Origin: Vicugna vicugna
Taxonomy: Eukaryota
DNA length: 64,000 bases
Assembly: GCA_013265495.1 (NCBI GenBank)
Contig: MU058065.1
Coordinates: 4,009,003 to 4,073,002, forward strand
Direction of reading: 5' to 3'
In this document: positions 50,541 through 63,095 of the stretch, piece by piece
Numbering within the stretch: position 1 is the stretch's first letter
Layout of the letters: each line of letters opens with the position of its first letter
Made by a program: the position numbers and the translations under genes
The notes under the pieces: model-generated
What the model was told of the DNA's origin: nothing
Database searches by the model: none
What the model saw: only the letters and a program-made list of their open reading frames with translations

Positions 50541-51934
50541 CCCAGGCGATTAGAGGGAAAGGGTGCCCTTCATGCCTCAGATTTTCTTCCCACTGAAGGT
50601 AGATCCATCAGTTTAATGCCCACAGCCCTGCTCTGCTCCCCAACACAGAAGAGGGGGTGATTCCTCCGAGTGGTGAGACCTGGCTGAAAAGCTGCATATG
50701 CAGAGACCAGCCCTCACCCCATCCCTTTCTTTTCGGGGAGGAGCAGCCCTCAGGCTTCTTCTCTGCTCCTCCACACAACACACAGTGCCGTTCAGGCCCC
50801 AGGAGGGCCCATCCACCTGAACCTGAGCAGGTGTGTCTGTCTAATCTGGTGGTTTAATATCAGGGGGCCCATTGCTTCCCCACACCTAAGGCAGGTATGA
50901 ACCTCTTGGTGCAGAATTCAGATGGGGAAAATAAGCGCTATTTATGATCACCCACATTTCCCAAAAAAGCCGTGTTTGGCATTCATTAAGACCGATGAGT
51001 CTGTTTCGTTAGGACTGTCCTTCGCTATCTCACCCCCGGCGGTTGTGGATTTCTCCTCAGCAGACAGTTGCTTCCAGGAGCAGGTCCTGCCTAGACAGAT
51101 TTGCAGTGATACACTCTTGCTTTCAGGAAATGACCCTAAATTATTGGCAAGCAGGGGACTTAAAGATACGTTTGAAGTCATCATCCAGCCAGCACTGCTG
51201 TGACAGACGCTGGCCATTTGGGGAATGAAAGTTTCCGATTAAAGACTGAACCATGTTTGGTAACGTGGAGACTGCAGCCCTCATTGGTAGGCTGGGGGGG
51301 AGATGATCTTTTCCCAGACTGAACAGATACAGGGGGTGGCAAAGAACTGTCCCCTTCCAGGACATGGCCCCCAGATGTCCTCGCTGCCCTGAGAACAGAA
51401 GGTTGTACATTTTTATGAAATGCTCTAGGGCTGAGAGAAGATTTTTCATATTATTGGTCTCCCATAATGATGAGTCTTGGGGGAAAAAAGTCTTCTTAAA
51501 ATGCTCTCACCAAAATGGACAGAGAAAAATGACTCTAGTGGTTTCCGTTTCTCACAGCTCTGTTTAAAGCCATTCCCCCCGGACACATTTGTTTTATTTT
51601 TAGTGTTTTCCCTATAACATCATTGATTATAACTGATTCATCATTAACTTAGAAAATATGAGTAAGACTTGGGAGTTCTATTTAATACTTAGATTTAGGA
51701 AAGAGAATATTGATGATTCTGTTGGCTCAAGTTGGTGTTGCTTAGTGGACTTTGAGCATTCATCAGTTTTTCTTTACGTTTTTTACTAGACGGAATAAAA
51801 TTGACATTTGATCTTGAGCAAAAAATAAAATATATTTATTTTTTGAAAATGTCTTCAACCAATCGTTTTTGTTAGTTTACAGCTCTTTCGTGATCCCAGT
51901 TGTTAAGACGAAGCTAACATCAGCATCTGCAGCA

Positions 51935-52170
51935 TCACCATCACCATGGTAACAGCCCTCATTACTTGAGTACCTACTTTGTATCACAAATTGTCCTGGG
52001 TACTTTACACAATGTTTCCCTTAAATCTGACGATAACCCCGTGTAATGGGTATTATACCCCTGATTTTACAGACAAGGAAACTGAATCTCAGAGAAATTA
52101 AGCCGTTTGCTCAAGGTCACATAACTAGGAGGGACAGAGCCTGGATTCAATCTCAGGTTTGCCTGACTCT
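51935..52170 (-). mobile_element. MIR SINE
   Basis: attacttgagtacctactttgt...attttacagacaaggaaactgaatctcagaga...aaggtcaca...ggattcaatctcaggtttgcctgactc. Confidence 0.85.
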
Positions 52171-52180
52171 TTTATCGGGG

Positions 52181-52305
52181 ATAGAGTTATAAGATCATAT
52201 CAACAAGGCACAGGGCAGTTCAACCTTCAGTCCACTGCTTTATTCTGCGGCATGTCCTGTGCTAGCTACTGCCAGGAGTAATTACATGGCAACTGCAGAG
52301 TCCCT
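52181..52305 (+). repeat. Donor of a diverged ~125-bp direct repeat (copy at 53526-53651); unique flank plus start of an antisense L2 tail
   Basis: Shares agttat.ag.tcatatca.caagg and agctactgccagga with 53526-53651; L2-like sequence continues here past tccct. Confidence 0.85.
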
Positions 52306-52644
52306 AACCTCAAGGAATGCCCTCAGCAAGGAGGTGGAGATGTGGAGATAAGTATTTCTCAACATTTTTACCAATGTACCACTGAAGGCATAAAAGATTA
52401 TTCTGTAATTCAGAGGCTATGCACGTGTGGCCCCAAATGACTGTGATGGGCATGACATCTCTTTGAAGTATTTCTTTATGTTAATATATATAGAGATTTA
52501 TATTACATTCTACTCCATAATATATCCATGTTGTTTTAATGTTAAAATAGGTTTTAAAATTGCTTACCATTGACTAGAATGGGTGATCCCAGTAGATGCA
52601 GCCTTTCTCCATGTGATTTTATGTATCCTTGGAGCATCTTGCTG

Positions 52645-52989
52645 CTGTGAAGATCTGCAGGGTGAGTCAGAAAACTGGAGACCCAGGTGAGCCGTTGGGC
52701 TAGGTCTAGTGCGAAGATCGACAGGCTTGAGATCCAGGAAAAGCCGATGTTACAGTTCAAAGACCATCAGGTAAGAGGAGTTTTCTCTCATTCAGCCTTT
52801 TTGTTCTATTTAGGTCTTCAACTATTCAGATGAGGTCCATCCACATTAGGGAGGGCAGTCTGCTTTATTCAGACTTAAATGTTAATCTCACTCATAAACA
52901 CCCTCAAAGGAATACCCAGAATAATGTTTGACCAAATATCTGGGCACCTCATAGTTAAACCATGTTGGCATATAAAATCAACCATCACA
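52645..52989 (-). mobile_element. MLT2-family (ERVL) LTR
   Basis: tattcagatgaggtccatccacattagggagggcagtctgcttta...aaatgttaatctca...taatgtttgaccaaatatctgggcac...taaaatcaaccatcaca. Confidence 0.85.
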
Positions 52990-53094
52990 CACACACACAA
53001 ATTCCCCACACAAAAATTTAAAATTGAAATTGAACTATATCAAAATATCAAGTTTGATGTTTTTAAGTTAAAAAAATCTCTAGATTAAAAGAAA

Positions 53095-53712
53095 GCAAAT
53101 CTGGACTTGATATAGATAATGAGATCTTGGATTCTGAGCATGACTGGATATGACTTTGAAGGTCTTGGGATGGAGGTGAGTGTATTTTTCAAATGGAGGG
53201 ACAAGGATAATTTTTACCAAGAGTGTGGACAGTACTGGGTTAAATTATTAGTTTCAGCTCTTGACTCCATTCTGCATCCATATCTTCTGCAATGTGACTT
53301 TGCAGCTCTTTCAACTAGAGTTAAAGGATTTCCTTTGCCTCTTGCCTTTGGTCTTGGACATGTGACTTTCGTTAGTCAATGAGATATTTACAAATATAAT
53401 AAAACAGAGGCTTGAAAGATGTTTGTGCAGGTAGCCAGAATGCTGCCATGCCTTGGCATCAGACTCAGCTGAGCCCAGTCTCAATCAATTGACCTCACTG
53501 ATCTACGGAAACATGAGCAAGAATCATACAGTTATCAGTTCATATCAGCAAGGGAGAGAGCAATTCCACCAACATCCATCAAATGCTTCTTCTTGTGCCC
53601 CCTCCGTACCAGCTACTGCCAGGAATAATAAACTGGCGACTGACAATCCCTTCTAGATTGTTGTTAACCATTGAATTTTGGGCCAGTTTGTTTCATAGAA
53701 AGCCTAACATAT
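53095..53712 (+). mobile_element. MaLR MLT1H-like internal 3' end plus LTR, interrupted by a ~130-bp insertion
   Basis: tgggatggaggtgagtgtattttt (internal end); tgcaatgtgactttgcagctc...catgtgactttcgttagtcaatg...catgagcaagaat[insert]gattgttgttaaccattgaattttggg. Confidence 0.75.
53526..53651 (+). repeat. Diverged direct copy of 52181-52305 inserted in the MLT1 LTR
   Basis: Collinear alignment by eye, roughly 70% identity. Confidence 0.85.
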
Positions 53713-54179
53713 CCCCCTAACATAAGATGCCATTATTTTATTCTGTAAATATGTGAGTACCGACTCTTTACCAGGAACTGCTAGGGATATGACTTTAAAT
53801 AAAATAGACATGCTACCTGATCTCATCACAGAGCTTACGGTCATGAATCTATTCTTCATGTTAAAAAGAAAAGTAATTCTTTCATACTGTAAACCATCAC
53901 CCTCTACCATGTACTGCTTTTAAAATTAAACTCAAGTCTCGGAAGTAGTCAGAGTCATAAAATTTCAGGAAATGATCATAGTTGTAGAAATTAGACAACA
54001 TGTTAAGTGCTGAGTTTTGGGGTTTTGTTTTTGCTTTTTTTTTTTTTCTCTGCAAAGCAGAGCAATATGTTAGAAAATTTCATGGCTGAACGCAGTAAAT
54101 AGTCCAGTGGCTCTCTGATTATATGAGTATAAGTATGTGTGAGTGTGTGCGTGCATGTAGGTGTATACAAAATCTCGGT

Positions 54180-55060
54180 AAGTGGCATGTTATCTATTCA
54201 TTTAACTGCAAAACCTGCAAGTTATCTTTGACTCATCTTGCCAAGTTTCTCTCCGTATCTCATGAGTATGTAAACTTCTCTATCATTCTATCATCCTAAC
54301 TCAGCCATCACCATCTTCCCCCTGGATTATGAGGCAATAACATCTTAACAGATCTTTCTGTTTTCTCTCTTCTTGTCTAGTCTACATCAAAAAAAAATTA
54401 GCAAAATTATAAAACTGACCTTTCACTCCCATGCATGATGCCCTTCGAAGTCTTCCTCTTCCTGTAGAACCAAGTCCAAGCTTTTTAGGACACAAAACAA
54501 GACCTTCCATATCTCACTGCTGCCACCTTACCTCCTATTACTCTCTGCCTCAGACATGGTCCAGTAAGTAGATACATCATTAGGGCAGGGATGAGGTGGT
54601 GCAAGCAAGGTGTCTAGGACACAAACCTTAAGGGGGTGCTGACTCTTGGGATTGCACGAGTACACCTGAGAGCCACCGCCTCCCTCAGTGTCGTGCCCTG
54701 CACATCTCACTTGCCTCATGCTGCTCTCTACCTTGAACTTCATATTGTTTTGCATCTTCCACCTCTTGACTTCTGTGGTGGCCTTTGCTACCCACTATGC
54801 TCACCTTCTTTTTTCAACCAATTCTCACTCATGTATTTTAGGTTTGGCTTAACTGGGCATTTCCTGGGAAGCATTTTCTGAGCCCTCCAGGTGGGTGTAA
54901 GTTTGCTTATATCTTCCATGCGCCCAATGGAGCTTTGGGCTTACTTCTATCTTAGCACTTACCATCTTAGGCCGAAACTGCTTCGCACCCCCGCCACATC
55001 GGCTCTAAACTCTCTTTCGCTGGGTTCATTTGTTACTTATCTTTGTAGCATAAAGTGCTA
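54180..55060 (+). mobile_element. L2 fragment
   Basis: aaaacctgcaagttatctttgactc...ccatcttccccctggattat...aaccaagtccaagcttttta...cttctatcttagcacttacca. Confidence 0.7.
54581..54735. mobile_element. Palindromic hAT MITE (MER96-like) inside L2
   Basis: Imperfect long inverted repeat: gcaagcaaggtgtctaggacacaaaccttaagggggtgctgactct vs gagagccaccgcctccctcagtgtcgtgccctgcacatctcacttgc. Confidence 0.6.
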
Positions 55061-55069
55061 GGCCAGTCA

Positions 55070-56215
55070 TCCTTGAAACTCTCCCATATCTAATCCATCA
55101 CTATATCATTTGATCATTACCTCCGAACATCTTTCAAGGCCATCAACTCTTTCCAGCCCCACTCAGACCACAAGGCTGCTATTATCTCTCACCTGCACTA
55201 TTACATTAGCCTCTTACCAGGCCTTCCTCTGTCCACCCACACACACTCCCAGCCCAGCACCCTCATTTGTTCTTTGCATTGTAGCCGTGGTAATCTTTGC
55301 AAATTGTAGCTGGTATTATGTCTCCAAACTTTAATGGCTTCTTACTGTTCTCAAGACAAGAATTCATATCTTAAGGTTGGCCTAGAACCTCCTGCATGGT
55401 CTGACCCTCTCTGACCTCGACAGCCAGTCTCACTCAGTTTGAGCCATTGTTTTTCATATTCCACCCCTCTTTTAGTTCTAGAATATTCCATACATTTCCC
55501 CCACCTGATGGTCTAGATACAGGCGCCTCTCGCTGATTTGAATGTTTCACCCCCTTCATTATTTCACCAGGTTAATAGTTCCTCCCGTTATGTCAGCCCA
55601 AGAGTCACTAAGTCAAGCCTCCTTGAGGCCTCAGTCTAGGTCAAGTTCCCTGCTATTCATTTTCCTAGTTCTATGTTCTTTCCTTTCAAAATGCTTATCT
55701 CAGTTCAAAACATTTCATATTTCTGGGCAATTATTTTTGTTTAATGGCATCTAGTTTTCTTTGCGTTCATAAAAAATAGTCTACTATGGAAATTTTCAAG
55801 CATGCCCGAAGTAGAATATAATGAACCCCTGTTTCCTTCTTTCTGCCTTAACAAATGATGACATGCGATCTTTCATCTTTTGCATCTTGTATATTGCCCC
55901 ACTTCATCCCCAAATATCACATTTTATCCTTAAATGCCTAAGCGTGAGTTCTAGAAAATAAGAACTCTTCCTTTAAAAAAAAGAATCCACAAAATATTTT
56001 CACACTTTCACACTGCCAAAAATTAATGAGTTTTTAAAAAATTACCAAATATCCTGTTAGTGCTCAAATACTGTATGATTTTTATTTAAGTTGTGACTTC
56101 CCGTCATACTGAGGTCAGGGACAATCTGCCTAGTACACTGCATGCCACGTAGTAGATACTCTAATATGGCTGAAAGTGACCAGATAAATGAATTGTTGAT
56201 TAATAAATACTTACG
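55070..56215 (+). mobile_element. L2 fragment interrupted by an old L1 3' end (~55770-56085, - strand)
   Basis: atctaatccatcac...ttaatggcttcttactgttctcaagac...; L2 tail resumes gaggtcagggac...ccacgtagtagatactctaata...ataaatgaat. Confidence 0.7.
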
Positions 56216-56465
56216 AATATTTATGAACTGAACCCAGGAGCTCAAGGATACCTGGGGAGCAAGTCCCAAAGAAGGCTGGTGAAACAAACTGCTCTCCCTT
56301 CCTTCACTCCATATGGGACAGACCTCCTCATCAATCGGCATTCTGGGCAAGATGGAACCCTGGGATGGACTCGGAGCCAAGGAGAGGTGCCAAAGCTCGC
56401 CCTCCTAGGCTTGGTATGCCCTACCCTCTCCTGTGAGTGAGACTAACAGATGACAGGGTGCTTCC

Positions 56466-56807
56466 TGTCACTGGAGAGATTTTGTTTTGTAAAAAAATAA
56501 TAAGCAGAAACCTCAGTTAAGCAGAAGTGGGACCGCTACTCTGATAGCAGAGCCCAACAGGAAGGAAAAAAACTCCTCTTCTTTCCTGGCAACAACTCCA
56601 CCAGTGAAGAGCCATGGACCGTTTGTTGATTACAGTCTTCCCATCTTGCTTCTCCTCTCTTAGAAAAGTGCTCTCCTTTCCTTGCTATGCAGGAACTTGC
56701 ACGTGGCTCACCACGGTTGCAGACCCAGAATTACAAGTCTCTGTTGATCCTGAATAAACCCATTTTGCTGGAGAGATAACTGGCAGTCTCTTTGTTTTAG
56801 GTCAACA
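56466..56807 (+). mobile_element. Complete solo LTR (ERV1-like), 342 bp
   Basis: TG...CA termini (tgtcac...ggtcaaca), exact 5-bp TSD cttcc at 56461-56465 and 56808-56812, AATAAA about 50 bp from the end. Confidence 0.85.
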
Positions 56808-57049
56808 CTTCCTTTCTTCCCATCATACTCTTTTCCCCATTCCTAAAGAGCTCTGGACATCTACAGGGAGGGTCGACTAGTCAAAAATGAATGAAGGCTT
56901 GGTGGTTGGTCGGGAGGCTTCGTGCCGCTGTGCAGACACTTGAACGTGGTCTGAGTGTGTTATTAAGAAGCTCAAGGTTTACCTCATCTCCTCTCTGGGG
57001 CAGAGAGCAGTCCTAGTCAAATTCCATCACAAGAAAAAGCAGCTTTGAT

Positions 57050-57670
57050 GCTTATTGTCTATTTCCTTTTGTTTATATTTTTTAATATGTAGTTTATATG
57101 AAAATAATATTTACCCCTAGTTGTGATTTTCCACTCTTTCATAAGCAGTTTTCCATGTTATTATAAACCCCTGGTCTTATCTTTTACTACACAATGTTCC
57201 ATTAGGTGGCATTTTCAAAATTTTATGGTGAAAATTTAGTTTGCTTCCAATTCTGAATTATTATAAATAATGCTTTGATAAACTACTTTATGCAAAATCT
57301 TTTTCTGTATCAAAAATAATTTTCTTAGGGTAGATTCCCAGAAGTAGAATGACTGGGTCGAAGAGTATGAATAATTTTAAAGCTAACATAGGCACCTTGC
57401 CAAACTGCTTAGAAAGCATTGTTCTTCATTTATAAAATTAATTTGCCTTTAAATTAAATTTAACTTAAAGTATCTTTTATTGTTTTATGATTGCATAAAT
57501 AGTGCATATTTATTATAGAAAAATTAGACAATACAGATATGTAACAAGAAGTAAATTAGAATCATGAGCAATTCCAGCACTCAGAGTTAACCACACATCT
57601 TATTGCACAGACTTCCAGATATTTCTTTATGCTCATAAGCAATGGAATTATATTATGCATACATATATAT
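57050..57670 (-). mobile_element. Old L1 (L1ME-like) 3' fragments
   Basis: ttattataaataatgctttgataaac...ttagggtagattcccagaagtagaatgactgggtcgaagagtatga...tgccaaactgct. Confidence 0.7.
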
Positions 57671-58149
57671 CAAGCTCTATTAGGTCAGAAAGAAGAAACA
57701 TCACAGATCACTATCGATAAGAAGGGTTTGTTTCCGGGGTACGTAGGGACACAGAGTGACTAGAGAAGCTGTTTCATCAGAAGGATGGTCATTCCAGATC
57801 CAAGCGCTTCCAAGACAAGGACTGGGCTCAGCCAAGTGGAGAAGCAGATTGGGGCCTTCTCTTTGTACAGCTACTCCTAAATCATTAAATGCTTGTGGCA
57901 TTTTGATTTCCTGAAAGAGAGATTTGACTGGGTTTGTTTGCTACCCTCCGTATGGAGAATTCTCCGTCACTTTTGGCTAGAGCTTCTTTCCTCTTTTATA
58001 TGCTTTATATCTATATTTACTCTGTACCCTGACATGGAGGACTTCAGTCTGTGGAGAGAATCATATGACCGGCTTCACGCCTACCAGGAAATTAATGAAG
58101 CAGAGAACTAATTCACACTTTTATCTGATGTGATCTGAGGAAGATGTGT

Positions 58150-60760
58150 ATTTTTTAAATGTCATTCACATTAATGTTAATATAACATTGTTTTGTAATT
58201 CATGTTATTAACTTAACACTGAATCTTCGTTCGACACAACTTTTAGCATTCCATCGTAGGAATGCTCCAGAAATTACGTAGCCAGTTTCTTTAGCTACGT
58301 ATCAGGGTCTTCCAATTTAGGGCTATAGTTTGTTTGTTTGTTTGTTTGATCTTAATTAGGAAAGAGAAACTTTGTAGACAAATTATTTTTAGTTTCTTTC
58401 TATCCTGATGTATCTTTGCCCATATCTTTTATTTTAAAATTTTCTAAGTATTTTAGATGTGCCTCTTAAACCAAACTGAGATTTTTGTTTTTTTGATGAG
58501 TTTGGTCCTTTTGTATTATTTTAATAACCAAACATGTATCGTCTTTTTCTTTTTTTTCTTTTTAAAATAAATTAATTTATTTAAACAAAATAAAACCAGT
58601 TCCCCATTTATTTCACTTCTATTTTCTTTCCTACCTAGGTTTTGTTGTTTTCTGTGCATCCTGATATTTTTTTTCCTTTTAATCTTGTTTGTTATATCAT
58701 TCAAGTCTTATTTGGAATACATTGTCTGATTTGGAAGAATTCTATTTGTCTACTGGTTACTTTTGAAGTTAAAAAAAAATTACAGTTTCTAACAAATGAA
58801 AAATAACATCTTCCAATGCCTTTCATAGAGGCTCAAACGTTTAGAAAAAAATTTAATTCCTTTACCTCCTGAACTTACTAACTAGATTTCTATAAGCATA
58901 AATGAATTTTATGGGAGTAAATAGATCATCATGGATAAATAGACACATTTGATTTCTCCTTGCTCAAGAATTTCAAGAAAATGTAAAATTCAAAGAATTT
59001 TAGTGATTTCATTAAGTTTTATAATCCTTTTTCCAAGTGTTATTTATGTTATGTTATTTAATACAAATTATGATATGTTGACTTTATTATCATTATTTTG
59101 CATATCTTCTTTATTCTTTAATGCATTACTTTGTTTAACTTATTAATCAGCAGCCATTTTTTTATGCGATTTAACAAGGAGAGATATGTGGATGGTGTAT
59201 TTCCTGAGTGATTGCTTGTCTCAGAATAGGAGAATTTTTTGATTTGATCTTCTAATACCTGAACTGGTTTTCTGTCCCAGCCCATCTGCAAGTTACTTCT
59301 TCCATTTTATTTTAAAATTAAACTTTTCTAGACATTGAGTCTTCTCTATCTTGCTTCTTTCCCCTTTTATTACTCAATATCCTAAAGAACTGTATTGATA
59401 GTATTCATTCAGTCATTTCCAATGTTTGTTTTTTGTTTCTCATAAACTGGTTTCATACAGAGTCTTATTCCTCAGGTTGGTCCTCAGGATCAAAATAGGT
59501 CTTCAGAGTCATTTCATATGTCTTGTGATTTTTTTTCTTAATTTATGGATGGTAAAGTGTATGTTAGTGTATACATGCAAGTGTATGTGGGGACATATGC
59601 TTTATGTACTCAATTCTAGGAGTTTAGATGGTTTCTTTCAAAGATTCTGTAAGACCTTATAAAAACCCTATTTATGCTCAGCTAAGGCAAAAAGGAACAT
59701 TTACTTCTGTAGCATGTGCTGTTATTTATCAGTGCAGCTTTTTGTTTGTTTACATGTGCAGTTGTCTCTCTAAATCAGAGTTCAAGTTGTGTGTAGGAAT
59801 TAAGCGGTGCTATCGGCAGGGACAGACCCGCCAGGCCCTATTACAGTGATTTTTTTTAGCAAGCTTTTTGTTGTTGTTGTTGCATTCTGTGGTCATCTGG
59901 AGCACCCTTCTGAATATTTTCCCTCCCTCTATGTTTCATCTATGCTGTTCACACATAACTTCTATATTTTTATAGATTTAAAATTGTTACTCTTTTAATG
60001 AAGAGAAGACTGAATTTCTTGTGTTGTTTATAAAGGTATTGTCTACCTCGAAGTTTGACAAATACTTGCCTACATTTACCTCTGATGTTTTAAATTTACA
60101 AGGCTATTCAATCCTTCTGCAAGTTAGTTTTGTATATATTATGAGATTTTTTGCATATATATATATGCTAGCTTCTCTCAGAGAGCTAGACAGTTGTTCC
60201 AATGCTGCATTGAATAATCCATCATTTTTCATTAGCCTGTAGTTCTAGCTTTATCATGTGATCTTCCCTTAGATTACAGAGATACGCAACTACATGTAGA
60301 TTTCAATGACATATTTTGCCACTCATCTGCCAGGATCCAACTCTTCATTATAGTTGATTTTAATCCAGGGTATTATTAAGTTTTCCCTTAAGTCCTTGGC
60401 AATAATTCATTTGTAACACATAAAATTTATTATCATTATTCAGTTAAACTTTACTCTTTATTTTTACAAGTCATTATTCATCGTTGCTTCTTACATTGCC
60501 TTTCCCCATTTTGACTTCTTGATCTGATTTAATTTTCATTGACTAAAGTAATTCCTCAGGTCTTTATGAGAGTTCTTTGGTGATACACTGTTTGAAGTTC
60601 TACACATCTGGTGGATATCTTTGCTGGTTATAGAAATCGTGGGATGTACAAGTGTGTATACATTTTTAACTATCATCTTAGCTTCCAGGTTTACAAAAGA
60701 GAAATCTGGTATTTCTCTGTTGTTCTAATGTCAGTAGCCTTTTTTATTTATTTGTTTATT
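58150..60760 (-). mobile_element. Highly decayed L1/HAL1-like fragments
   Basis: T-rich with scattered antisense L1 motifs (tttgcccat, ttttgtatatattatgaga, tttgctggttatagaaatcgtggg). Confidence 0.4.
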
Positions 60761-60764
60761 TTTC

Positions 60765-60981
60765 TGTCCGCAAAGAGGGCCAAAGCAAATCTGGCCAGCT
60801 GCTTCCTTCTGTAAATAAAGTTTTATTGGGACACAGCCACGGCCGTTCATTTACATACTGTCTGTGGCCGCTCTTAGTGCTACAAGGCAGAGCTGAGTAG
60901 TTGCAATGGGACCACACAGCCCACAAAACCTAAAATATTTACTTCCTAGCCCTTTCCGGGAGAAATTTGCTGACCACTTCT
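60765..60981. mobile_element. MER58A hAT-Charlie element
   Basis: tgtaaataaagttttattgggacacagccacggccgttcatttacatactgtctgtggc...gcccacaaaacctaaaatatttact...tttgctgacc. Confidence 0.9.
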
Positions 60982-62159
60982 GTAACCTAACTCATGAGAA
61001 CAACTGTCCCGTGAGAACTTTTCAGACCTGACAGAACAGTGGGGAAGATGTTTTTGGGGCTTGGCATCTCTGAGTGGTGCTCCTGACACCACACCATGAC
61101 CATGGCCTCCCGCAGATACAGGAGACCCACCTTGTAAGCACAGCTCTAAAATGAGGAGCGTGCTAAACATCTAATAGATACCCTAATGGGTCTGCACCAA
61201 CTATGATTCCAAACAGCCTCCTGGTGCCAACTTTGTTCTCTCTGAGTGGAGTAAGAGCCAGGGACAGAGAGGAAGAGGACCTTTTTGAATGGCTTTCTAC
61301 GCTCAGTGGCAGAGTCAGCTGTCAGGTTACTGAAGTTGCTGATTGCCCGAGAGCAGCACTTCCTTTAGGGCAGCACAATCTTGCTAGTGGAAGAGGTTTA
61401 ATTTATAAGCAGTCTAATTTAATTTTGTTTGTTTGGACAGACTATAATTTGCTGCTGGAAAGAAACCCTTCGAAGAGCTTTGTTGTCTTAGCTAACAAAG
61501 ACATGGCTTCAGGTTGCCCTACCTCCGAGCCCCGGTGCTCACATGTACGTGGCAGGTTTGTATTCTTTATCACTTCAGTTGCTATTTCAAATCAGCACAT
61601 GGGTGATAGCAACTTAGCGAGACAAGGTAGCTCGTCTAATTCTACTTATGCCAAATTGCATTTGGTACAAGGGAGCAGAACTATTTAAATCATAGAATCA
61701 AAAAAAAAAATACAACTTCTTTCAGCACTTCTAATTGGAAAAGGTAACATATTCAGTAATCCCCTGAGAGTCCGGAAGAGCTAATTCATCTCACCAGAAG
61801 GAGCAATTATTATCAAAGACCAGTGTGCTTAGCTCACTCCATACAGGACCAGATTCAGGGAAAGGAATCGGGCGTTCAGAATACCGCATTTAATCTGAAT
61901 TTGCTGTCTGTTCCACCCACAGGAATTTAACTTGCATAAATCACTGAGCAAGCAACACGCGTTTCAAGACCATGCTGTAGCTCACTGTTTTCATGTGTCT
62001 AGAAATAGTCCAAGAAACTTTGCAGGAGAAGAAATCAAGCCCATCTGCTTTGGAGACTTGAAAAACCTCCCCTTTCCCATCACTGTGTGCTTTAAATAAA
62101 GCTCCGAGAAAGCAGGTTCACCCGGGTCGGGTCAGGCCGGCTCGGATCGCTATTCTGTT

Positions 62160-62410
62160 GAGCAAACACGGGCACACAGCTTGCTTGGATGCCAGGCACT
62201 GTTCTGAGCACTTGACAAATTAAAATGTTTAATCTTCACAGCAGCTCTATTAGGGCAGGCACTAGTATTAAAATCCACTTTACAGGTGAGAAAACTGAGA
62301 CACAGAGAGGTTAAGTCTGTTACCCAACACTGGGGAAACAGGAAAAGTCAGGATCAGAATTTGTATTCTGGAAGCCTGGATCCAGAGCCCAAGCCGTTTG
62401 TTAACACTAC
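62160..62410 (-). mobile_element. MIR SINE
   Basis: tgccaggcactgttctgagcact...tttaatcttcacagcag...tttacaggtgagaaaactgagacacagagaggttaag. Confidence 0.85.
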
Positions 62411-62449
62411 TACCCTTGTGCCACTTCCATCAGCATCCCTTGTCCCCAG

Positions 62450-62680
62450 AGGGAAATACTTCATTCTCCTGGCTTCCACGAAGCATCCTTGGCTTACCCT
62501 GAGCCACCATGGTGAGCTCTCCTACCATGGAATTCCTATAGCATTTATCTATTTCTCCAGATCGCCGCCGAAGATTCTTGTATTGCATTGTTAAGCAACA
62601 ATTCGGATGAGATGCTATAAATCTTTCTCTTTAAGTTTCTTGAAAAGGGTACAAACCCAGCACTGCGCCCACTAAATACC
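62450..62680 (+). mobile_element. L2 3' fragment
   Basis: ttccacgaagcatccttgg...cctatagcattt...taagtttcttgaaaaggg...cccagcactg...taaatac. Confidence 0.45.
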
Positions 62681-63095
62681 TACTGACTTCTTCACTGATT
62701 CTTATTTCTTGGAGTTATTTAGACTCCGTGGATAATTTATTTACTGAGAGTGGAAGTGTGTCTTTAAGACGTGTTTACCTGGAGAAGTTTGCTGGTATAG
62801 CATTATAGACATCTCCCAGAAAGCTGAAGAAATCCCAGGCCAAGGTGTTTGAGGGCTTTGAAACCTCTAACCTCAAGGGACCTTGCCATTTTCAAATGAA
62901 TATTTGTGGTTCTGATTATCTACTGAAAAGCCAAATTCCACAGTTGATAATAATCTTTATCCACCCTTAGCATGAACTAGAATTGCATGTGTTCCAAGGC
63001 TGGCGTATGAGAGAAAGTTACTGAGGTAGAGAGAGAGAGAGAAGACAGACTAGCTCCTCAGCCAATTTTCCCCTCCAAGATGTTTTCCAGCATCT

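Noticed and set aside
50922..51449. Cluster of overlapping 60-100 aa ORFs
   Set aside because: No recognisable protein; expected in moderately GC-rich unique DNA.
61203..61688. 161-aa ORF as a gene
   Set aside because: No recognisable homology or exon context; composition resembles translated non-coding DNA.
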